From the NCBI RefSeq assembly GCF_009914755.1, contig NC_060931.1: a stretch of 64,000 nt of DNA; one strand, given 5' to 3'. Positions 46,801 to 60,600 of the stretch are shown piece by piece. Position 1 is the stretch's first letter; every line of letters starts with the position of its first letter. This DNA comes from the human T2T-CHM13v2.0 reference genome, Homo sapiens. The position numbers and the translations under genes are program-made. A model generated the notes under the pieces. That model was not told the DNA's origin, did no database searches, and saw nothing but the letters and a program-made list of their open reading frames with translations.

Positions 46801-48657
46801 TCACTTAAAAACTAGACAGAATTTTTCTGAGAAACTTCTTTGGGATGTGAGCATTCATCTCACAGAGTTGAACATTTATTTTGATTGAGCAGTTTGGAAA
46901 CAGTCTTTTTGTAGAATCAGCAAATGGATATTTTGAGCATTTTGAGGCCTATGTTGAAAAAGCAAATATCTTCCCATAAAAACTAGACAGAAGATTTCTG
47001 CGAAATATCTTTGTGATGTGTACATTCATCTCACAGAGTTGAAAATTTCTTTTGTTTGAGCAGTTTGGAAACAGTCTTTCTGTAGAATCTGCAGAGGGAT
47101 ATTTGTGAGCCCATTGAGCCATATGTGATATACGAAATATCTTCACATTAAAACTAGACAGCAGGTTTCTGAGAAACTTCTTGGTGAAGTGTGCTTTCAT
47201 CTCATTGTGATGAAGTTTTGTTTTGATTGACTGTTTGGAAACAGTCCATTTGTAGAATCTGCAAATGGGTATTTGCTGCACTATGTGGCCTACGGTGAAA
47301 AAGGAAATGTCTTTATTTAAGAACTAGACAGAAACTTCCTGAGAAACTTCTTTGTGATGTGTGCATACATCTCACAGAGTTGAACGTTTCTTTTGATTGA
47401 GCAGTTGGGAAACAGTCTTTTTGTAGAACCTGCAAATGGATATTTGTGAGCCCATTGAGTCCTGGGGTGAAATAGGAAATATCTTCATATAAAAACTAGG
47501 CAGAAGCATTCTGAGAAACTTCTTTGTGATGTCTGCTTTCACCTCATAGAGTTGAACGTTTGTTTTGATTGAGCATTTTGGAGACAGTCTTTTTTTATAA
47601 TCTGCAGAAGGATTGCTGTGAGCAGTTTGAGGCCTATGGTGATAAAGGAGATATCCTCACATAAAAACAAGACAGAGGCATTCTGAGAAAGTTCTTTATG
47701 ATGTGCACATTCATCTCACAGAGTTGAACTTTCTTTTGATTCAGTAGTTTAGAAATAGTTTTTTGTAGAATCTGCAAAGGGATATTTGTGTGCAGTTTGA
47801 GGACTATGGTGAAAAAGGAAATATCTTCTTATAAAAACTAGAGAGAAGATTGAGAAACTTCTTTGTGATGTTTCCATTCATCTCACTGAGTGGAAACGTT
47901 CTTTTCACTGAGCAGTTTGGAAACAGTCTTTTTGTACAATCGGCAAAGGGATATTTCTGAGCATTTTGAGGTCTACGTTGAAAAGGAAATATCTTCACAT
48001 AAAAACTAGACAGAAGCATTTTGAGAAATTTCTTTGTGATGTGTGCATTCTTGTCAGAGTTGAACCTTTATTTTGATTGACCAGTGTAGAAACAGTCTTT
48101 TTGTAGAATCTGCAAAGGGATATTTGTGAGCCCTTTGAGGTCTGTTGTGAAATAGGAAATATCTTCACATAAAAACCAGAAAGAAGCCTTCAGAGAAACT
48201 TCAATGTAGTGAGTGCTTTCATCTCACAGAGTTGAACCTTTCTTTTGATTGAGCAGTTTTGAAAGAATCTTTTTGCCGAATCTACCAATGGATATTTGGA
48301 GCGCTTTAAGGCCTATGGTGAAAATGGATATATCTTCACATAAGAACTAGACAGAAGCATTTTGAGAAACTTCCTTGTGTTATTTGAATTCATCTCACAC
48401 AGTTGAATCTTTCTTTTCATTGAGCAGCTAAGAAACAGTTTATTTTACAATCTGCAAATGGATACTTCTGAATAGTTTGGGGCATATGGTGAAAAAGAAA
48501 TATCTTCATATAAAAACTAGACAGATGTATTTGGAGAAACTTCTTTGTGATGTGTTTATTCATCTCACAAAGTTGAACCTTTCTTTTGATAGAACATTTT
48601 GGAAACAGTCTTTTTGTAGAATCCACAAATTGATATTTAGAGTGCTTTGAGTCCTAT
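40881..48657 (+). repeat. Alpha satellite, monomeric block 3 (right of second L1, forward orientation)
   Basis: Divergent ~171-bp A-box units up to the strand switch. Confidence 0.95.
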
Positions 48658-48670
48658 TTCCAAACTGCTC
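48651..48670. other. Alpha-satellite strand-switch (inversion) junction
   Basis: Forward ...GCTTTGAGTCCTAT joins directly to reverse-complement TTTCCAAACTGCTCAA... Confidence 0.95.
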
Positions 48671-51600
48671 AACCAAAGGAAAGGTTCAACTCTGTGAGAT
48701 GAATGCAGACATCACAAATAAGTTTCTCAGAATGCTTCTGCCTAGTTTTAATGTGAAGATATTTTCTCTTTCACAGTAGGTGTAAAACTGCTCACAAACA
48801 TCTGTCAGCAGATTCTAAAAAAAGACTGTTTCCATAATGTTCAATCAATAGAAATGTTCAAATCTGTGAGATGAATGCATACATCAGAAAGATGATTATC
48901 AGAAATCTTCTGTCTAGTTTTTATGTGAAGTTATTTCCTTTTTCACCACAGTCCTCAAAAAGCTCCAAATATCCATTTGCAGATTCTACAAAAAGACTGT
49001 TTCCAAACTGCTCAATCTAAAGAAAGGTTCAACTTTGTGAGATGAAAACACACATCACAAAGAAGTTTCTCAGAAAGTTTCTGTCCAGTTTTTATGTGAA
49101 GTTATTTCCTTTTTCACCATAGGCCTCAAAGCACTCCAAATATACATATGCAGATTCTACAAAAAGACTGTTTCCAAGCTGCTCCATCAAAAGAAATGTT
49201 CAACTCTGTGAGTTGAAGGCACACATCACAATGTAGTTTCTCAGAAAGCGTCTGTCTAGTTCTTATGTGAAGATATTTCCTATTTCACCATAGTCCTCTA
49301 GGGGTTTACTAATATTCCCTTGCAGATTCTACAAAAAGACTGTTTCCAAACTGCTCAATCAAAAGAAAGTTTCAAATGTGTCAGATGAATGCACACATCA
49401 CAAAGAAGTTTCTCAGAATGATTCTGTCTAGTTTCATGTGAAGATATTTCCTTTTCACCATAGGCCTCAAAGAGCTCAGAAATATCCTTTTGCAGATTGT
49501 ATAAAAATACTGTTTCCAAAGTACGCAATCAAAGGATAGGTTCAACTCTGTGAGATGAATGCACACATCACAAGGAAGTTTCTCAGAAAGCTTCTCTCGA
49601 GTTTTTATGTGAAGATATTTATTTTCACTGTAGGCCTCAAACCGCTAAGAAATATCTGTTTGCAGATTCTACAAAAAGACTGTTTCCAAAGTGGTCAAAC
49701 AAAAGAAAGTCCAACTGTGTGAAATGAATGCCCACATCACAGAGAAGTTTCTCAGAATGCTTCTGTCTAGTTTTTATCTGAAGATATTTCATTTTTCACC
49801 ATAGGCCTAAAATCACTGAAAAATATCCCCCTGCAGATACTACAAAAAGACTGTTTTGAAACTGCTCACTCAAAAGAAAGGCTCAACTCGGTGAGATGAA
49901 ATCACACATCACAGAGAAGTTTCTCAGAATGCTTCTGTCTAGTATTTATGTGAAGATATTTGCTTTTTCACCATATGCCTCAAAGTGCTCACAAATATCC
50001 CTCTGCAGATTCTAAAGAAAGTTTCCAAACTTCTGAAGCAAAAGAAACGTTCAACTCTGTGTGATGAATGCACACATCACAAAGAAGTTTCTGACCAAGC
50101 TTTTGTATATTTTTTATGTGAAGATATTTCCTTTTTCACCGTAGGCCTCAAAGCACTCCAAATATCCACTTGCAGATTCTATAAAAAGACACTTTCCAAA
50201 CTGCTCAATCAAAAGAAAGGTTCAACTCTCTGAGATGAAAGCACACATCACAAAGAAGTTTCTCAGAAAGGTTCTGTCTAGTTTTTCTGTGAATATATAT
50301 ATTTTTTTCACCATAGGCCTGAAACCGCTCAGAAATATCCCTTTGCAGATGTTACAAAAAGACTGTTTCCAAACTGTTCATTCAAAAGAAAGGGTCAGCT
50401 ATGTAAGATGAATGCTCACATCACAAAGCAGTTTCTCAGAATGCTTCTGTCTGGTTTTTTTGTGAATATATATTTTTTTCACCATAGGCCTGAAACTGCT
50501 CAGAAATATCCCTTTTCAGATTATACAAAAAGACTGTTTCCAAACTGCTCATCCAAAAGAAAGGGTCAGCTATGTAAGATGAATGCTCACATCACAAAGC
50601 AGTTTCTCAGAATGCTTCTGTCTAGTTTTTATGTGAAGATATTCCTTTTGCACCATAGGCCTCAAACCACTCAGAAATATCCTTTTTCAGATTACACAAA
50701 AAGACTGTTTCCTAACTGCTCAATCAAAGGATATGTTGAACTCTGTGAGATGAATGCACACATCACAAAGAAGATTCTCAAAAACGGCTGTCTAGTTTTT
50801 ATGTGAAGATATTTCCTTTTTCAACATAGGCCCCAAACTGCTCACAAATATCCCTTTGCAGATTGTACAAAAAGACGGTTTCCAAACTGCTCAATCAAAA
50901 GAAAGTTTCAACTCTGTGAGATGAATAAACAAATTACAAAGAGGTTTCTCAAAAAGCATCTATCTGGTTTTTATGTGAAGATATTTCCTTTCTCACCAAA
51001 GGCCTCAAACCACTGACAAATATCACACAGCGGAATCTACCAGAAGACTGTTTCCAAACTGCTCAATCAAAAGAAAGTTTCAACTCTGTGACATGAATGC
51101 ACACATCACAAAGTAGTTTCTCACAAAGCTTCAGTCTAGTTTTTATGTGAAGATATTTCCTTTTTCACTACAGGCCTCAAAGCTCTCCAAATATCAATTT
51201 GCAGATTCTACAAAAAGACTGTTTCCAAACTGCTCAATGAAAAGAAAGATTCAACTCTGTGAGATGAATGCACACATCATGAAGCAATTTCTCAAAATTC
51301 TTCTGCCTATTTTTTATGTGAAGATATTTCCATTTTCACCATAGGCCTCAAACCGCTCACAAACATCACTCTGCAAATTCTACAAAAGACTGTTTCCAAC
51401 CTGCTCAATCAAAAGAAAGGTTTAACTCTGTGAGATGAATGCACACATCACAAAGAAGTTTCTCAAAAGGTTCTTTCTAGTTTCTATATGAAGATATTTC
51501 CTTTTTCACCATACGCCTCAAACTGCTACAAATATCCATTTGCAGATTCTACAAAAAGACTGTTTCCAAACTGCTCAATCAAAAGGAAGGTTCAACTCTG

Positions 51601-54600
51601 TAAGATGGAAGCAGATATGACAAAGAAGTTTCCCAGAAAGCTTCTGTCTAATTTTTATGCGAAGATATTTCCTATTTCACAATGGGCCTCAAACCTCTCA
51701 GTAATATCCCTTTGCAGATTGTACAAAAAGACGGTTTGCAAACTGCTCAATCAAAAGAAAGGTTCAACTCTGCAGATGAATGCCCACATAACAGAGTAGT
51801 TTTTCAGAAAGCTTCAGTCTAGTTTTCATGTGAAGATATTTTCTTTTTCAGCATACGCCTGAAAGAGCTCCAAACTTACAATTGCAGATTCCACAAAAGA
51901 CTGTTTCCAAACTTCTCAATCAAAATAAAGTTTCAACTTAGTGAGACGAAAGGACACAAGACAAAGAAGTTCCTCAGAATGCTTCTGTCTAGTTTTTAGT
52001 GAAGATATTTCCTATTTCGCCACAGGCCTCATTGGGCTCCCAAATATCTCTTTGCAGATTCTTGAGAAAAGTGTTTCCAAACTGCTCAATCAAAAGAAAG
52101 GTTCAACTTTGTGAGATGAATGCACACATCAGAAAGTGGTTTCTCAGAATTATTCTGTCAAGTTTTTATATGAACATATTTGCATTTTCACCAAAGGACT
52201 AAAACCGCTCACAAATATCCCTCTGCAAAAACTACAAAAAGACTGTTTGCAAACAGCTCAATCAAAACAATGGTTCAACTCTGTGAGATGAATGCACACA
52301 TGAAAAAGTAGTTTCTCAGAAAGCTTCTGTCTTGTTTTTATATGAAGATATTTCCTTTTTTAACCACAGGGCTCAGAGCGCTCCAAATATCAATTTGCAG
52401 ATTCTACATAAAGACTGTTTCCAAACTGCTCAGGCAATAGAAAAGTTCAATTCTGTGAAATTAAAGCACACATCACAAAGAAGTTTCTCAGAAAGTTTCT
52501 GTGTAGTTTTTATGTGAAGATATTTCCTATTTCACCATAGGCCTCAATGGGCTCACAAATATCCCTTTGCAGATACCACATAAAACTGTTTCCAAACTGC
52601 TCAATCAAAAGAAAGTTTCAAGTCTTTGAGCTGAGTGCACACATCACAGAGAAGTTTCTCAGAGTGCTTCTGTCTAGTTTTTATGTGAAGATATTTCCTT
52701 TTTCAACATAGTTCTGAAACCACTCAAAAATATCCCTCTGCAAATTCCACAAAGAGGCTGTTTCCATATAGCTCAAACAAAATAAAATTTCACCTCAGTG
52801 AGATGCATGCACACATAAGAAAGAAGCTTCTCAGAAAGCTTCTGTCTAGTTTTTATGTGAAGATATTTCCTTTTTCACCATAGTGTTCGAAGTGCTCCAA
52901 ATATCCATTTGCAGATTCTACAAAAGGAATGTTTCCAAGCTGCTCAGTTAAAATAAAGGTTCAATTATGTGAGATGAAAGCACACATCATAAGTTTCTCA
53001 GAAACATTATGTCTAGTATTTTTGTGAAGATACTTCTCATTTCAACATGAGCCTCAAAGGGCTTACAAATATCCCTTTGCAGATTCTACAAAAAATCTGT
53101 TTCCAAACTGATCAATCAACAGAAAGATTCAACTCTGTGAGATGAAAGCACACATCACAAAGAAGTTTCTCAGAATGCTTCTGTCTCGTTTTATGTGAAG
53201 ATATTTCCTATTTCACCACAGGTCTTAATGGGGTCACAAATATCCCTTTACAGATTCTGGAAAAAACTGTTTCCAAACTGCGGAATCAAAAGAAATGTTC
53301 AACCTGTGAGATGCATGCACACATCACAAAACGGTTTCTCAGAATGCTTCTGTCTTCTTTTATGTGAAGATATTTCCATTTTCACCGTAGGCCTCAAATG
53401 GCTTCAAATATCCCTCTGCAAATTCTACAAAGAGACTGCTTCCAAACTGCTCAATCAAAAGAGAGATTCAACTCTGTGAGATGAATGCACACATCATAAA
53501 GAAGTTTCTCAGAAGCTTTTGTCTAGTTTTCGTTTGAAGATGATTCCTTTTTCACTGTAGGCCTCAAAGGGCTCCAAATAACCATTTGCAGATTCTTCAA
53601 AAAGACTGCTTCCAAACCACTCACTCCATAGAAATGTTCAACTATGTGAGATGACAGCACAAATCGCATAGAAGTTTCTCAGAAAGCTTCTGTTTAGTTT
53701 TTATGTGAAGATATTTTTTCCTTTTTCATCATAGGACTCAAATTGCCCAAACTATCCATTGGCAGATAGTTCCAAACGACTGTCTCCACACTGCTCAATC
53801 AAAAGAAAGGTTCAACTCTGTGAGATGAATGCACACATCACAAAGAAGGTTGTCAGAAAATTTCTGTCTATATTTTATATGAAGATATTTCCTTTTTCAC
53901 CACAGGCATCATGGAGCTCCAAATATTCATTTGTAGATTCTACAAAAAGACTCTTTCCAAACTGCTCAATCAAAAGAATGGTTCAACACTGTGAGATGAC
54001 AGCACACATCAAAAAGAAGTTTTTCAGAAAGCTTCCATCTAGTTTTTCTATGAAGATATTTCTTTTTTACCATAGGCCTCAAACTGCTCAGAATTATCAC
54101 TTTGCAGATTGTACTAAAAGACTCTTTCCAAAAAGCTCCAACAAAAGAAAGGTTCAACTCTGTGAGATGAATGCACATATCACAAAGAAGTTTCTCAAAA
54201 CCCATCTGTCTAGTATTTATGTGAAGATATTTCCTTTTCACAATAGGCCTCAATCCGCTCACATATAGCCCTGTCCAGAATCTACAAAAAGACTGTTCCT
54301 ACATTGCTCAATCAACAGAAAGGTTCAAATCTGTGAGATGAATGCACACATGACAAGGAAGTTTCTCAGAAAGCTTCAGTCTAGTTTCTATGTGAAGATA
54401 TTCCCTTTTTCAACATAGGCCTCAAATCGCTCCAAATATCAATTTGCAAGTTATACAAAAAGACTGTTTCCAAACTTCTCATTGAAAAGAAAGTTTCACC
54501 TCTTTCAGTTGAAAGCACACATCATGAAGAAGTTTCTCAGAATGCTTCGGTATAGTTTTTATGTGAAGCTGTTTCCTATTTCACCATAGGACTCAATGGG

Positions 54601-57600
54601 GTCACAAATATCCCTTTGCAGATTCTACAAAAAACAGTTTCCAAACTGCTCTATCAAAAGAAAGGTGCAACTCCGTGAGATGAATGCACACATCACAAAG
54701 AAGCTTTTCAGAATGCTTCTTTCTAGTTTTTATGTGAAGATATTTCCATTTTCAACATAGGCCTCAAAGCACTCACAAATATCCTACTGCAAATTTTACA
54801 AAGAGACTGTTTGCAAACTGCTCAATCAAAATAAAGATTCCACTCTGAGAGATGAATGCACGCACCAAAAAGAAGTTTCTCATAAACATTCTGTCTACTT
54901 TTTATGTGAAGATATTGCCTGTTTCATCATAAGACTCGCTGGGCTCACAAATATCCGTTTGCAGATTCTACAAGAAGACTGTCTCCAAACTGCTCAATGA
55001 AAAGAAAGATTCAAGTCTGTGAGATGAAAGCACACATCCCAGTGAAGTTTCTCAGAAAGCTTCTGTCTAGTTTTGATGTGAAGATATTTCCTATTTCAAC
55101 GTAGGCCTCAAAGCACCCCAAATATCCATTTGCAGATTCTACCAAAAGACTGTTTCCAAACTGCTCAATCAAAAGAAAGATTCAGCTGTTTGAGATGAAA
55201 GGACACAAAAATGTTTCTCAGAAAGTTTCTGTCTACTTTTTATGTGAAGATATTTTCTATTTCACCATAGGCCTCAATAGGCTCACAAATATCCCGTTGT
55301 AGATTCTACAAAAAGTCTGTTTCCAAACTGCTCAAGAAAAAGAAAGGTTCAACTCTGTGAGATGAATGCACACATCGCAAACAAGTTTCTCAGAGAGCTT
55401 CTGTCTAGTTTTTATATGAATATATTTCCTTTTTCACCATAGGCCTGAAAGCACTCCAAATATCCATTTGCAGATTCCACAAAAAGACTTTTTCCAAACT
55501 GCTCAATCGAAAGAAAGTTCTATCTCTGTGAGATGAATGCACACATCACAAAGAAGTTTCTCACAAATCTTCCCTTTCGTTTTTATGTGAAGATATCTCC
55601 TTTTTCACCATGGGCCTTAAAGTGCTCCAAATATCCATTTGCAGATTCTACAAAAGACTGTTTCCTAACTGCTCAATCAAAAGAATGGTTCAACACTTTG
55701 AGGTGAATGCACACATCACAAAGAAGTTTCTGAGAAATCTTCTGTCTGCTTTTTATGTGAAGACATTTTCTTTTTCACCATAGGCCTCAAATTGCTGCCA
55801 ATATCCATTTACAGATTCTACAAAAAGACTCTTTCCAAATGGCTTAATGAAAAGAAAGTTTCAACTCTGTGAGGTGAATGCACACATCACAACGATGTTT
55901 CTCAGAAACCTTCCATTAATTTTTACGTGAAGATAGTTCCTTTTTCACCATAGGCCTCAAAGCGCTCCAAGTATCTATTTGCAGATTCCACCAAAATACT
56001 TTTTCTAAACTGCTCAATCAAAAGAATGGTTCAACTCTGTGAGATGAATGTGCACATCACAAAGATGTTTCTCAGAAATCTTCTGTCTATTTTTTTATGT
56101 GAAGAAATTTCCTTTTTCACTATAGGCCTCAAAATGCTCCAAATGTCCATTTGAAGGTTCTACAAAAGACTGTTTCCAAACAGATCAAGCAAAAGGAAGG
56201 TTCAACTCTGTGAGATGAATGCACACATCACAAAGAAGTTACTCAGGAATCTTCTATTTAGTTTTTATGTGAAGATATTCCCTTTTTCACCATAGGCCTC
56301 AAAGTGCTCCAAATATTCTCCTGCAGATACTACAAAAACACTGTTTGCAAACTGCTCAGTCAAAAGAAATGTCAACTCTGTGAGAGGAATGCACACGTCA
56401 CAAAGAAGTTTCTCAGAAAGATTCTGTCTAGTTTTTATGTGAAGATATTTCCTTTTTTACCATAGGCCACAAAGCGCTCCAAGTAGCCGTCTGCAGATTC
56501 CGCAAAAAGACTGTTTCCAAACTGCTCAATCAAAGGAAAGGGTGAACTCTGTGAGATGGAAGCTCTCTTCACAAAGAATTTTCTCAGAAATCTTCTCTAT
56601 AGTTTTTATGTGAAGATATTTCCTTTTTCACCATAGGCCTCAAACTGCTCTGAAATATCCCGTTTCAGATTGTATAAAAAGACTCTTTCTAAACTACTCA
56701 ATCAAAAGAGAGTTTCAACTATGTAAGATGAATGAACACATGACAAAGAAGTTTCTCAAAAAACGTCAGTCTAGTTTTTATGTGAAGATATTTCCTTTTT
56801 CACCATAGGCCTCACACCACTCACAAATATCCCTCTGCAGAAACTTCAAAAAGACTGCTTCCATGCTGCTCAATCAAAAGAAATTTTCAACTCTGTGAGA
56901 TGAATGCAGACATCACAAAGAAGTTTCTGAGAAAGCTTCTGTCTAGTTTTTATGTGAAGATATTTCCTTTTTCACTATAGGCCTCAATGTGCTCCAAAAA
57001 TCCATTTGCAGATTCTACAAGAAGATTCTTTCCAAACTTCTCTCTCAAAAGAAAGGTTCAACTTTGTGAAATGAAAGCACACATCAGAAATAAGTTTCTC
57101 AGAATGCTTCTGTATTGTTTTGATGTGAAGATATTTCCTATTTCATCATAAGCCTCAATAGGCTCAACAATATACTTTGCAGATTCCACAAAAAACTGTT
57201 TCCAAACTGCTCAATCAAAACAAAGTTTCAACTCTGGGAGATGAAAGAACACATCACAAAGAAGTTTCTCAGAATGCTTCTGTCTCGTTTTAATCTGAAG
57301 GTATTTCTTATTTCACCATGGGCCTCAAAGGGGTCAAAATTATCCCTTTGCAGATTCCACAAAAAACTGTTTCCAAACTGCTCAATCAAAAGAAAGCTTC
57401 AACTCTGTGAGATAAATGCACACATCACAAAGCAGTTCTTCAGAATGCTTCTGTCTAGTTTTTATGAGAAGATATTTCCATTTTCACCAGAGGCCTCAAA
57501 CAGCTCACAAATATCCCTCTGAAAATTCCACAAAAAGACTGTTTCCAAACTGCTCAATCAAAAGAAAAGTTCAACTCTGTGAGCTGAAAGCAAACATCAC

Positions 57601-60600
57601 CAAGAAGTTTCTCAGAAATCTTCTGTTTAGTTTTCATGTGAAGATATTTCCTTTTTCACCACAGGCCTCAAAGTGCTCAAAATACACTTTTGCAGATTCT
57701 ACAAAAAGACTGTTTCAAAACTGCTCAATCAAAAGAAAGTTTCAACTGTGTTAGATGAAATCACACATCACAAATAAGTTTCTCAGAATGCCTCTGTATA
57801 GTTTCTATTTGAAGACACTTCCTACCACCTAATAGGTCTCAATAGGCTCAACAATATACTTTGCAGATTCCACAAAAAACTGTTTCCAATCTGCTCAATC
57901 AAAAGAAAGGTTCAACTGTGTGAGATGAAACCACACATCACAAAGCAGTTTCTCAGCATGCTTCTCTCTAATTTTAATCTGGAGATATTTCCTATTTCAA
58001 CATAGGCCTCAATGGGGTCACTAATATCCCTTTGCAGATTCCACAATAAACTGTTTCCAAGCTGCTCAGTTGAAAGAAAGATTCAACTGTGTGACATGAA
58101 TGTACACATCACAAAGCAGTTTCTCAGAATGTTTCTGTCTATTTTTTATGTGAAGATATATCATTTTCACCATAGGACTCAAACCGCTCACAAATATCTC
58201 TCTGCAGATTATAAAAAGACTGTTTCCAAAATGCTCAATCAAAAGACAAGTTCGACTCTGTGAGCTGAATGCACGCATCACAAAGAAGTTTCTCAGAAAG
58301 CTTCTGTCTAGTTTTCATGTGAAGATATTTCCATTTTCACCATAGGCCTCAAACAGCTCACAAATATCCTCTGCAAATTCTACAAAAAGACTGTTTCCAA
58401 ACAGCTCAATCAAAAGAAAGTTTCAACTCCGTGAGATGAAAGCAAACATCACAAAGAAGTTTCTCAGAAATCTTCTGTTGTGTTTTTATGTGAAGATATT
58501 ACCTTTTTCACCAGAGGCCTCAAAGTGCTCCAAATATCCATTTGCAGATTCTACAAAAAGACTGTTTCCCAACTGCTCAGTCAAAAGGAAGGTTCAACTA
58601 TGTGAGATGAAATCACACATCACAAAGAACTTTCTCAGAAAACTTCTGTCTAGTTTTTATGTGAAGATATTTCCTATTTCACCACGTGCCTTAAACCTCT
58701 CAGAAATAGAACTTTGCAGATTCTACAAAAAGACTGTTTCCAAACTGCTCAATCCAAAGAAATGTTCAACTCTGTCAGATGAAAGCGCACATCACAAAGA
58801 AGTTTCTCAAAAAGCATCTGTCTAGTGTTTATGTGAATATATTTCCTTTTTCACCATAGGCCTCAAACCGCCCACAAATATCCCTCTGTGGAATCTACAA
58901 AAAGATTGTTTCCAAACTGCTCCATCAAAAAGAAAGGTTCAAATATTTGAGAAGAATGCACACAACACTAAGAGGTTTCTCAGAAAATTTCTGTCCAGTT
59001 TTTATGTGATGATATTTCCTTTTTCACCAAACGCCTCAAACCACTCACAATTATCCCCCAGCATATTCCACAAAAACACTGTTTCCAAACTGCTTAATGA
59101 ATAGAAAGGTTCAAATCTTTGAGATGAATGCACACTTCACAAAGAAGTTTCTCTAAATGCTTCTGTCTAGCTTTTATGAGATGATAATTCCCATTTTACA
59201 ACAGTCCTCAATGGATCGCAAATATCCGTTTGCGGATTCTACAAAACAGTGATCCAAAACCACTCTATCAAAAGAGAGGTTCAACTCTGTGAGACGAATG
59301 CACACATTGCAAAGCAGTTTCTCAGAGTGCTTGTGTCTAGTTGTTATGTGAAGATATTTCCATTTTCACTATAGTCCTCAAAAGGCTCACAATTATCCCT
59401 CTGCAAATTCTACAAAAAGTCTGTTTCCAAACTGCTCAATCAAAAGAAAGGTTCAAATCTGTGAGATGAATGCACACATCACAAAACAGTTTCTCTGAAA
59501 GCTTCTGTGTAGTTTTTATGTGAAGATATTTCCTTTATCACCATAGGCCTCAAACTGCTCACAAATATACTTCTGAAGAATCTACAAAAAGTCTGCTTCC
59601 TAACCTCTCAATCAAAAGAATCGTTCAACTCTGTGAGATGAATGCACACATCACAAAGAAGTTTCTCAGAAAACTTCAGTCTAGTTTTTATGTGAAGATA
59701 TTTCCTTTTTTACTGTAGGCACAAAAGCGCTCCAAATATCCTTTTGCAGATTCCATAAAAAGGCTGTTTCCAAACTGATCAATCCAAAGAAATGGTCAAC
59801 TCCATTAGATGAATGCACGCATCACAAAGAAGTTCCTCAGAAAACTGCTGTCTAGTTTTTATGTGAAGATATTTCCTTTTTCACCATAGGCTTCAAAACG
59901 CTCCAAATATCCATTTGCAGATTCTACAAAAATTCTGTTTCCAAACTGATCAATCAAAAGAAAAGTTCAACTCTGTGAGATGAAAGCACACATCACAAAG
60001 AGTTTTGTCAAAAACTTCTGTCTAGTTTTTATGAGAAGATATTCGTTTTTCACCATAGGCCTCAAATCGCTCAGAAATATCCCTTTTCATATTGTAGAAA
60101 AACACTGTTTCCAAATTCCTCAATCAAAAGAAAGGTTCACCTCTGTGAGATGAATGCACACATCACAAAGAAGTTTCTCAAAAAGCATCTGTCTAGTTTT
60201 CATGCGAAGATATTTCCTATTTCTCCATGGGCCTCAAACCACACAGAAATATTGTTTTGCAGATTGTACTAAAAGACTGTTTCCAAACTGCTCAATCTAA
60301 AGAAAGGTTCAACTCTGTGAGATGAACGCACACATCACAAAGAAGTTTCTCAAAAACCATCTGTCTAGTTTTAATGTGAAGATATTCCCTATTTCACCAT
60401 AGGCCTCTAACTGCTCACAAATATCACTCTGCAGAATCTACAAAAGAATGTTTCCATAGTGCTCAATCAAAAGAAAGTTTTATCTCTGTGAGATGAAAGC
60501 ACACATCACAAAGAAGTTTCTCAGAAAGTTTCTGTCTAGTTTTTATGTGAAGATATTTCCTATTTCCCCATAGGCCTCAATGGGCTCACAAATATCCCTT

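Noticed and set aside
47000-50300. Perfect palindrome or cruciform centred on the strand switch
   Set aside because: The arms are related only at monomer-family level. The two sides break at different monomer positions and private variants do not mirror.
53759-54268. Long ORFs in alpha satellite (169 aa here, 168 aa at 61448-61954, and many 60-140 aa ORFs with the repeat STKRLFPNCSIKRKVQLCEMNAHITKKFLR)
   Set aside because: They are translations of the 171-bp monomer (a multiple of 3) in a stop-poor frame. They flip strand exactly with the array and break at random. Nothing suggests coding function.
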